Of a stretch of 64,000 bases of DNA, positions 9,710-16,817 are shown piece by piece (positions within the stretch are counted from its first letter, which is position 1; every line of letters starts with the position of its first letter). This stretch comes from a bacterium (lineage in GTDB: Bacteria; Bacteroidota; Bacteroidia; NS11-12g; UBA955), in contig JAQSCZ010000125.1 in assembly GCA_029945665.1 (NCBI GenBank), forward strand, positions 67 to 64,066, read 5' to 3'. A program made the translations under genes and the position numbers. The notes below the pieces were generated by a model. It worked only from the letters and a program-made list of their open reading frames with translations, ran no database searches and was not told where the DNA came from.

Positions 9710-10429
9710 TTAATCTTGAGAATTTCTGCTCAAAGCATAAATTACTAAACCGAATCCGATTTTGTTTACAGCATCGGCAATGTTGTATACAATATCCATA
9801 GCATGACTTGCAGCTGCAGAATCACTTACCAATTGGATACCGAATAATCCACCTGGTGTTCCTAAAATATAACCCAATGGATAAATAGCCCATCCTACTA
9901 ATACGAACCAAGCAAGAATGCGCGTTGCCTTTGCAACTTGTGGTCCCGCTGTTTGTGCTAATTTAGCAACATCACCAAACCAAACAAGGTAAGCAATGTA
10001 GAAGTAAGCCGCTCCAGAAATCACACCCCATAACACACTGCTATCTCTGTCGATTGTTTCGCCAAAATAACCAGTTACTAACATCACCAAAGATGCAAAA
10101 ATCAATTTCCATAACAATCCAATTTTAGCACCTGCTTTTTTGGTTATTAAGTAAAATTCTACGCACATCAAAGGCACTGTTAAGATCCAATCAACGTAAC
10201 GGAAAAAAGTTGGAGAATCACCTGTTTCTAAATTGTAGCCCCTCATGTAATAATAGTGAACCGCTGCAATGAATGTAATTAATCCCGATACAAGAACTGA
10301 TGTTCTCCATTTAGCGGAGGTATTATTCAGTTCAAAAAAGAAAAATACCGAAGCAGCCATCATGGCCATGGTGCCGATGAAGAATGTAAAAGCAACGTAA
10401 TTGTCGCTTGCGATTTTTAAATGTTCCAT
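9710..10429 (-). CDS. Proteorhodopsin-family light-driven proton pump (DTE motif, Met at spectral-tuning site)
   Basis: 239 aa, 7 TM. Helix C 'RYVDWILTVPLMCVEFY' gives D80/T84/E91, equivalent to PR D97/T101/E108. H58 corresponds to PR H75. Helix G 'NIADAVNKIGFG' carries D219 and the Schiff-base K223. Confidence 0.95.
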   Translation of the reverse strand: MEHLKIASDNYVAFTFFIGTMAMMAASVFFFFELNNTSAKWRTSVLVSGLITFIAAVHYYYMRGYNLETGDSPTFFRYVDWILTVPLMCVEFYLITKKAGAKIGLLWKLIFASLVMLVTGYFGETIDRDSSVLWGVISGAAYFYIAYLVWFGDVAKLAQTAGPQVAKATRILAWFVLVGWAIYPLGYILGTPGGLFGIQLVSDSAAASHAMDIVYNIADAVNKIGFGLVIYALSRNSQD

Positions 10430-10677
10430 TTTTTTTTAAATTTGATTTAAGTTTGTAAATATTTTATTCAATTTAAGTTAAACAAAATATTATTTAAAAA
10501 TGTTTTCATTTGTTTAAGTATAAAACAAAGGCACTAGCTGATAAAATTCTATACTCCTAACTTGTCTTTTAAAATACAAAGCAGTGTATAGTAAATGTTT
10601 AAATAATTTACCACAAAGACAAATCCTCTGTCAACTAGAACAAATTAACCATGGATTTAGGTGATGAAAAAGAATTT

Positions 10678-11424
10678 TTACGCCTTGGTTATAAACTGTT
10701 TACGAATTTTATTGGGCATCTTCACCTGAACCTCAGATCCTTTTGCAAGAAAAACAGAAATGGGTTTAACATTTTGAATAAAGGGCGTAAAAGCCTCCCC
10801 ATATAATTTCTCGATATCGCAAATAAGCGCAGATTTTATAACCGGAAAAACTTGCCAACGCGGATGTGCAAGACTATATTCTATTGAAGTCGTTTCATTC
10901 AACTTGTTGTAACCATAATAATGCTCAAAAATAAATTCTTCTTCAGAACCAGGTTCAATATATTGGCCATTTGGATTAGCACTGACCGTCATTTTACACC
11001 AATCCGTATCTTTTGTTTTCCATTGATAGGACACATCTAAAATTTGACTATTATGAGTAATCGCATGACTCATTTTAGCCGTGCTATAATGCTCATTGTA
11101 TAATAAGTTTGCGATACTTGACACCAAGAAGCTTGGAACTATTTCAGAGATAAACCCTACACCTCGCTTCCATTCCCTTCCATCAAAATATTTGATATAG
11201 TATCGCAAGTTAACTTCTTCGAAATTTACAAAGCCTGGCCATTTTACCCCCATTACTTGTGTATTGTTAAATAGGAATCCTACAACGCTTACAATGGCCT
11301 TACCTTTCCATAAATCCAATTGGGTATAAGGAGGCAAGTGCGGCAACAAGATTAATGGATCAACTTCGAAATTAAACATTGCGAGGTATTCCCATTTGGC
11401 CCTTAAAAATATATGCTTACCCAA
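10678..11424 (-). CDS. DUF2071 (YqjF-like) family protein
   Basis: Conserved N-terminus 'AKWEYLAMFNFEVDP'. The track start at 11469 is TTG and an ATG lies at 11463; both overlap the upstream gene by 38-44 nt. A TTG at 11424 sits 1 nt after the upstream stop and keeps the conserved N-terminus, so I prefer it. The start is uncertain. Confidence 0.7.
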   Translation of the reverse strand: MGKHIFLRAKWEYLAMFNFEVDPLILLPHLPPYTQLDLWKGKAIVSVVGFLFNNTQVMGVKWPGFVNFEEVNLRYYIKYFDGREWKRGVGFISEIVPSFLVSSIANLLYNEHYSTAKMSHAITHNSQILDVSYQWKTKDTDWCKMTVSANPNGQYIEPGSEEEFIFEHYYGYNKLNETTSIEYSLAHPRWQVFPVIKSALICDIEKLYGEAFTPFIQNVKPISVFLAKGSEVQVKMPNKIRKQFITKA

Positions 11425-11425
11425 G

Positions 11426-12061
11426 TTACTTGATAATTTGTGTTGGCTTCCCAGGTTTGGCATATTCAAAGCGATCTATAAAATCGGTATTATAATAAGC
11501 ATCAATCCCATTGCTGCAGATCGAATTTGCTTTCTCTAAATGAATAAATCCATCATCCGAGACAATGTCTTGATGTATAATTATACCAGTAATCTTTCCA
11601 ATAACTAAAAAAGTTCTATTTAACTGAATTGGAATTATTTCTTCAAGCGACAATGCATATTTAATATCGCTCTCTCTAACAAATGGCGCAATACAATTCA
11701 ATTCAAACTCAGGTGTTAATCCAACTTCTTCAAACTCACTAATTTCTTTTGAATATTTTGCACTGGTTTGATGGGCTTGTTGAACAAACTGCGATTGAAT
11801 GTGATTGATCGTGTAAACACCAGTGGACTGAATATTCTCTAGGGTGTGTGCCGCTGATTCTATCGGCCTGTTGATGTAACCGATTAAAGGCGGATTTGAG
11901 CCAAGGTGAACAATGCTGCTAAAAATACCGAGGTTATTTTGACCATTGGCGTTGGTTGTTCCAATTAGACTTACAGACTTAAATCCTGTTAAACTATTTA
12001 TAAAATTTGCGCGGTAGAAACGCTCCCACCTATCCATGTCCTCGGTATTATAAAATGCCAT
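11426..12061 (-). CDS. Flavin reductase-like (FMN-binding split-barrel) protein
   Basis: 211 aa. 'FKSVSLIGTTNANGQNNLGIFSSIVHLGSNPPLIG' is typical of Flavin_Reduct domains. ATG start. Confidence 0.8.
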   Translation of the reverse strand: MAFYNTEDMDRWERFYRANFINSLTGFKSVSLIGTTNANGQNNLGIFSSIVHLGSNPPLIGYINRPIESAAHTLENIQSTGVYTINHIQSQFVQQAHQTSAKYSKEISEFEEVGLTPEFELNCIAPFVRESDIKYALSLEEIIPIQLNRTFLVIGKITGIIIHQDIVSDDGFIHLEKANSICSNGIDAYYNTDFIDRFEYAKPGKPTQIIK

Positions 12062-12114
12062 ACTGTTATATTAATAATTCAAACATTACTAAGCGCAAAT
12101 TGTTTAAGATTTCT

Positions 12115-13590
12115 ATGAATGAAGCTGTATTGATTTTTCCGCATCAGTTGTTTCAACAACATCCTGCTTTGCAAAAAAATAGGCCGGTGTTTTTGGTAGA
12201 AGAATGGCTTTTCTTTCGACAATACCATTTTCATACACATAAACTCATACTGCACAGAGCAAGTATGAAATTTTATGAAGCTTATTTAAACGAACAAAAT
12301 TATACTGTTAACTACATCGATTCTAATGATGAAAAAAATGATATTACCGTATTAATTTCATTTCTGAACGAAAATAAAATTACAAAAATTCATTTGGCAG
12401 ATGTTGTTGATGATTGGTTATCGCAGCGTATCCACAATGCGTGCTTAAAATATGGCATTGCTATCAGTATTAGTGGTTCGCCATCTTTTTTAAATACCAT
12501 GGAAGCAAACAATAGGTATTTTAATAACAAGCAGACCTACTTTCAAACCGATTTTTATATTTATCAGAGAAAGGAACTTCAATTGTTATTAGAAGCCAAT
12601 GGTAAACCAGTTGGCGGCAAATGGACCTTCGATTCAGAAAACAGAATGAAGTTTCCAAAAAAAGAAACAGCGCCCTCAGTTCATTTTCCACCAACCAATC
12701 CATATTTAACAGAAGCTGTTGAATATGTAGACCAATATTTTCCCTCTAATTATGGAGATGCACATGCTCCTCATTTTTTCGCAACTACCTTTATAGAAGC
12801 AGAAAACTGTTTGAATGATTTTCTAAAAAATAGATTTGAAAAATTTGGTATTTATGAGGATGCCATAGTTGCCAATGAAAACATTTTGCACCATTCTGTT
12901 CTTTCACCTATGTTGAACATAGGAATATTAACGCCATTACAAATACTAGAGGCCGTATTAATGCATGCTAGCATTAACAAGACACCACTCAATTCGCTAG
13001 AAGGCTTTATTCGACAAATTGTTGGTTGGCGAGAATTTATAAGAATCGTATACGAACGCGAAGGAAAAAAACAAAGAACCACTAATTACTTTAAATTCAA
13101 ACGAAAGATTCCGCGTAGTTTTTGGACAGGCACAACTGGCATAGCTCCTATAGATATTACAATTCAGAAAACACTTAAGACCGGATATTGCCATCACATT
13201 GAACGTCTCATGGTACTAGGTAATTTCATGTTACTATGTGAGTTCGACCCTGACGAAGTTCATCGCTGGTTTATGGAATTATTTATTGATGCCTATGACT
13301 GGGTGATGGTGCCTAATGTATATGGCATGACACAGTTTGCAGATGGCGGATTAATGACCACAAAACCCTATATAAGCGGCAGCAATTATTTAATGAAAAT
13401 GAGTAATTATGAAAAAGGTGAATGGCAGCCAATTTGGGATGGATTATTCTGGCGCTTTATGCATGAGCACCGCAGCTTTTTTTTAAAAAATCCAAGACTT
13501 GGTATGTTGGTTCACACATTCGACAAAATGAGTGACGAAAAAAGAAATTGCCATTTGATCAATGCAGAAAACTACCTAAACACTCTGTAA
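12115..13590 (+). CDS. Cryptochrome/photolyase-family protein, COG3046 / PhrB-CryB-related branch
   Basis: Start re-set to the ATG at 12115 (MNEAVLIFPHQLF), because the track start at 12007 overlaps the divergent flavin reductase. Shows 'GWREFIR', 'TGYCHHIERLMVLGNF', 'DAYDWVMVPNVYGMTQFADGG' and 'KPYISGSNY'. Confidence 0.85.
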   Translation: MNEAVLIFPHQLFQQHPALQKNRPVFLVEEWLFFRQYHFHTHKLILHRASMKFYEAYLNEQNYTVNYIDSNDEKNDITVLISFLNENKITKIHLADVVDDWLSQRIHNACLKYGIAISISGSPSFLNTMEANNRYFNNKQTYFQTDFYIYQRKELQLLLEANGKPVGGKWTFDSENRMKFPKKETAPSVHFPPTNPYLTEAVEYVDQYFPSNYGDAHAPHFFATTFIEAENCLNDFLKNRFEKFGIYEDAIVANENILHHSVLSPMLNIGILTPLQILEAVLMHASINKTPLNSLEGFIRQIVGWREFIRIVYEREGKKQRTTNYFKFKRKIPRSFWTGTTGIAPIDITIQKTLKTGYCHHIERLMVLGNFMLLCEFDPDEVHRWFMELFIDAYDWVMVPNVYGMTQFADGGLMTTKPYISGSNYLMKMSNYEKGEWQPIWDGLFWRFMHEHRSFFLKNPRLGMLVHTFDKMSDEKRNCHLINAENYLNTL

Positions 13591-13624
13591 AATACAATTC
13601 TAAATAATTGAATATTCACCTTAA

Positions 13625-13783
13625 ATGAAACCTATAAAAAAAGAAAACTTAGCTTCAAAAATTTGCATAGTATGCCAAAGACCGTTTACTTGGAGAAAGA
13701 AATGGGAAAAGGTATGGCATGAGGTGAAATATTGTAGTGACAAGTGCCGAATAAGCAAAAAAAAGATTGAGACTATTTCATGA
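13625..13783 (+). CDS. DUF2256-type small zinc-ribbon protein (52 aa), missed by the ORF track
   Basis: My translation is MKPIKKENLASKICIVCQRPFTWRKKWEKVWHEVKYCSDKCRISKKKIETIS. It has the CxxC...W..V.YCS..C signature. Its TGA overlaps the ATG of the next photolyase gene (ATGA at 13780-13783). Confidence 0.8.
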   Translation: MKPIKKENLASKICIVCQRPFTWRKKWEKVWHEVKYCSDKCRISKKKIETIS

Positions 13784-15282
13784 CGCAATCGGTTAATATC
13801 ATCTGGTTCAAACGCGACCTTCGACTTGCGGATCACAAGCCCCTTCAATTGGCCATTGCAGAGGGCTTGCCTACTGTTTTGTTGTATTGTTTCGAACCAT
13901 CGCTGCTAAATCATGGTGATAGTTCCGAAAGACATTGGCGATTTATTTATCAATCCCTTCAACAAATGCAAAAGGTTTTAAGAACTTACAATTTATCCAT
14001 TCAAATTGCATACTCAGAGGTCATCGACGCATTACAAACAATACAAAATCACTGCAACATAAAAACTATTTTTTCGCACCAAGAAATAGGCAATCAAATA
14101 AGTTTCAAACGAGACAAAGCTGTTAAATTATTTTGCAATAACAATAACATCCAATGGATTGAATCGACTACCAATGGCATAACAAGAGGATTAAAAGGCA
14201 GAAAAGACTTTAGTAAGCATTGGCATGCAGTAATGAACGAACCTCTATTTGAAATTGATTTAAACAAGTTGCAAATATTTAACATGGGTTCAATACTAAG
14301 CAATGTTAGTGAAAATGAAATTTTTTACAATAGCATCACTTCAAAACATTCTTATATACAGCCAGGCGGGGAACAATATGCCCATGAATATATGAAGAGT
14401 TTTTTAAGCCAAAGGGTCGCTAATTATAGCAAGCATATTAGCAAACCTATGGAAAGTAGAAAAAGTTGTAGCCGACTTTCGCCATACCTTGCTTGGGGCA
14501 ACTTAAGCATCAAACAAATTTATCAAACCTCTTTAAAATCATTTGTACAAAATAAAGATAAATTCAACATCAATTTTTTTATTAATAGGCTGCATTGGCA
14601 TTGTCATTTTATTCAGAAGTTCGAAAGCGACTGCTCCATTGAATATAAAAATCTGAACAATGGTTTTGATGAGATTAGAAATAGTAAAAATGAAGCTTAT
14701 ATTACAGCTTGGGAAAAAGGGGAAACAGGTTACCCTTTGGTTGATGCCTGTATGAAGTGCGTAATAGAAACGGGTTATTTAAATTTCAGAATGCGAAGTA
14801 TGCTTGTTACTTTTCTTACCCATCAACTTTGGCAACCCTGGCAGGCGGGAGCTCACCATTTAGCCAAACAATTTTTAGATTATGAGCCAGGCATTCATTA
14901 TCCGCAATTTCAAATGCAGGCAGGCACCATGGGCGTAAATACTATTCGCACTTACAATCCCATAAAACAATCAAAAGACCACGATCCACAAGGTGTATTT
15001 ATTAAAAAATGGATTCCTGCATTGCAACATATTCCAGAAAACATAATTCACGAACCGTGGGTTATGTCAGAAATGGAACAAAAGATGTATAAGTGCATCA
15101 TTGGTTCAGATTATGCCGCACCAATTATTGATTCTAAAACAGCCGCTGCTTTTGCCAGGGTCCACTTATGGGAAACAAAAAAATCAAAAAATGTATTAAA
15201 AAACAATGCAAAAATTTTAGCCATTCATACCAACCGAAAAAATAAAGAAGATGATAACACTTTACAGATTAATTTTAGTTAA
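13780..15282 (+). CDS. Cryptochrome/photolyase-family flavoprotein, canonical N-to-C topology, divergent subclass
   Basis: 500 aa. N-terminal 'IIWFKRDLRLADHKPL'; FAD domain 'SRLSPYLAWGNLS' and 'TGYPLVDACM..ETGYLNFRMRSM'. The usual D.D..SN..WQW block reads 'LDYEPGIHYPQFQMQAG'. Confidence 0.85.
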   Translation: MTQSVNIIWFKRDLRLADHKPLQLAIAEGLPTVLLYCFEPSLLNHGDSSERHWRFIYQSLQQMQKVLRTYNLSIQIAYSEVIDALQTIQNHCNIKTIFSHQEIGNQISFKRDKAVKLFCNNNNIQWIESTTNGITRGLKGRKDFSKHWHAVMNEPLFEIDLNKLQIFNMGSILSNVSENEIFYNSITSKHSYIQPGGEQYAHEYMKSFLSQRVANYSKHISKPMESRKSCSRLSPYLAWGNLSIKQIYQTSLKSFVQNKDKFNINFFINRLHWHCHFIQKFESDCSIEYKNLNNGFDEIRNSKNEAYITAWEKGETGYPLVDACMKCVIETGYLNFRMRSMLVTFLTHQLWQPWQAGAHHLAKQFLDYEPGIHYPQFQMQAGTMGVNTIRTYNPIKQSKDHDPQGVFIKKWIPALQHIPENIIHEPWVMSEMEQKMYKCIIGSDYAAPIIDSKTAAAFARVHLWETKKSKNVLKNNAKILAIHTNRKNKEDDNTLQINFS

Positions 15283-15379
15283 GACTTGCTTAACCTTTTA
15301 GATTAAAATGTATAAATAGTTAAGTAGTTTAAAGCGAAGCAATTTTTGACAACTAAAAAAGAATAAAAAAATAAAAACA

Positions 15380-15661
15380 ATGACCCCAGATAATTTAAGT
15401 GAAATAGATATTGACCGCATTATTGAAATGGCTTGGGAAGACAGAACGACTTTCGAGGCCATAGAAAAGCAATTTGGGTTGAAACAAGAAGATGTAATCA
15501 AACTGATGCGCAAAACGCTCAAGCGCTCTAGTTTTAAATTGTGGCGCGAGCGCACTAAAGGCCGCAACACCAAACACGAGGCGCTAAGAGACAATGCCAT
15601 TACACGTTTTAAATGCAAACTCCAGCGCACCATTACTAATAATAAAATAAGTAAGCGCTAA
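15380..15661 (+). CDS. TIGR03643/DUF2805-like small protein (photolyase-associated)
   Basis: 93 aa. The 'IDRIIEMAWEDRTTFEAIEKQFGL...VIKLMR..L....FK.WRER' pattern matches my memory of this family. Its stop lies 1 nt before the next photolyase gene. Confidence 0.7.
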   Translation: MTPDNLSEIDIDRIIEMAWEDRTTFEAIEKQFGLKQEDVIKLMRKTLKRSSFKLWRERTKGRNTKHEALRDNAITRFKCKLQRTITNNKISKR

Positions 15662-15662
15662 T

Positions 15663-16817
15663 ATGACTTTAGATTTAATTACCGAAAAAAATCCAAGTTC
15701 AAACTATTCCTTTCCAACCAATCAAAAGTTTATTGCGGAAAGGATTAATCAAATAGACCCCATTCTATATGGCAAGACCAGAAATTTTATCGACGGCTCG
15801 GTTACCTATTTATCACCCTATATTTCCAGAGGCGTTATTAGTGGAAAACAGATTCTGGAAAATATTTTGCAAAAAGGATATCGACCAAATGAGATAGAAA
15901 AATTCATACAAGAACTTGCATGGCGAGAATATTTTCAGCGTATTTGGCAAAATATACAGGATGGCATTTGGGATGATATAAAACAAGCACAACCCGATGT
16001 AAAGCATACTCAAATGGTTGAATCGGTAATAAATGCTAACACAGGCGTATCAGCCATTGACGATGCTATTGAACAATTATACGCAAATGGATACATGCAT
16101 AACCACTTGCGCATGTATACAGCATCGATGGTATGCAATATGGCCAAAGCGCATTGGTTACAGCCCTCTCAATGGATGTATTACCATTTGCTGGATGGCG
16201 ACATAGCGAGCAACAATTGCAGTTGGCAATGGGTAGCCGCAGCATTTGCATCCAAGAAATATTATTTCAACCAAGAAAATATCAATAAATATACGTTTAG
16301 CACCCAAAAAAATAGCTACTTGGACAGGCCTTACGAGGAAATTATGGCGATGGAAGTGCCAGAACCATTGCGTGCGAAAAGTAATTTGAGTTTACAAACT
16401 ACATTGCCATATACTGAATTACCTAGTATCAACCCATCAATTCCAACACTCATATACAACAGTTATAATTTGGATATTGAGTGGCACAAGGATGAGCAGG
16501 TGAATAGAATTTTGTTGTTAGAACCTTCGCACTTTAAAAAATATCCTGTGAGCAAAAAAGTTCTTGCGTTCATCATTGATCTTGCAAAAAATATAGAGGG
16601 GATAAAACTTTTCTGTGGTGAAATTAATGAAATTATTGATTCAAATGCCCAATCAAATATTGCCATTTCAAACATCATATCAAAAGAACACCCATCAAGT
16701 AATCATTATCCTGGAATAAAGGAAAGCAGAGACTGGATGTTCCCAGAAATCACAGGAAATTATCCTTCTTTTTTTGCGTATTGGAAAAAATGCGCTAAGC
16801 AACTTGGAATAAAATAG
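15663..16817 (+). CDS. Inverted-topology photolyase (NewPHL-like): FAD/catalytic domain first, small alpha/beta-like domain last
   Basis: 384 aa. It starts directly with helical-domain motifs 'SVTYLSPYISRGVIS', 'ELAWREYF', 'NGYMHNHLRMY' and 'LLDGDIASNNCSWQWVA'. There is no N-terminal WFRRDLR domain. The C-terminal roughly 125 aa ('RILLLEPSHFKKYPVSKKVLAFIIDL...YPSFFAYWKK') resembles the photolyase alpha/beta domain and linker. Confidence 0.75.
   Translation: MTLDLITEKNPSSNYSFPTNQKFIAERINQIDPILYGKTRNFIDGSVTYLSPYISRGVISGKQILENILQKGYRPNEIEKFIQELAWREYFQRIWQNIQDGIWDDIKQAQPDVKHTQMVESVINANTGVSAIDDAIEQLYANGYMHNHLRMYTASMVCNMAKAHWLQPSQWMYYHLLDGDIASNNCSWQWVAAAFASKKYYFNQENINKYTFSTQKNSYLDRPYEEIMAMEVPEPLRAKSNLSLQTTLPYTELPSINPSIPTLIYNSYNLDIEWHKDEQVNRILLLEPSHFKKYPVSKKVLAFIIDLAKNIEGIKLFCGEINEIIDSNAQSNIAISNIISKEHPSSNHYPGIKESRDWMFPEITGNYPSFFAYWKKCAKQLGIK

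Noticed and set aside
10430-10677. Bacteroidetes-type promoter (TTTG ... TAnnTTTG) upstream of the rhodopsin gene
   Set aside because: I looked for the minus-strand consensus (CAAAnnTA on the plus strand) and found only partial matches, so I could not place a promoter with confidence.
12007-12114. N-terminal 36-codon extension of the COG3046 photolyase ORF
   Set aside because: It would overlap the divergent flavin-reductase gene by 55 nt, and the extension (MRGRNAPTYPCPRYY...) has no homology-like features. The conserved N-terminus starts at the ATG at 12115.
13621-13848. 75-aa minus-strand ORF from the track
   Set aside because: It is antisense to a much better supported plus-strand DUF2256 zinc-ribbon ORF (13625-13783) and to the 5' end of the photolyase gene. 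It has no recognisable motifs.
15298-15633. 111-aa minus-strand ORF (and the 60-aa ORF at 15395-15577)
   Set aside because: It is antisense to the TIGR03643-like gene, whose sequence pattern and 1-nt coupling to the next gene are more convincing. The composition is Leu/Ser/Arg-rich, typical of antisense frames.
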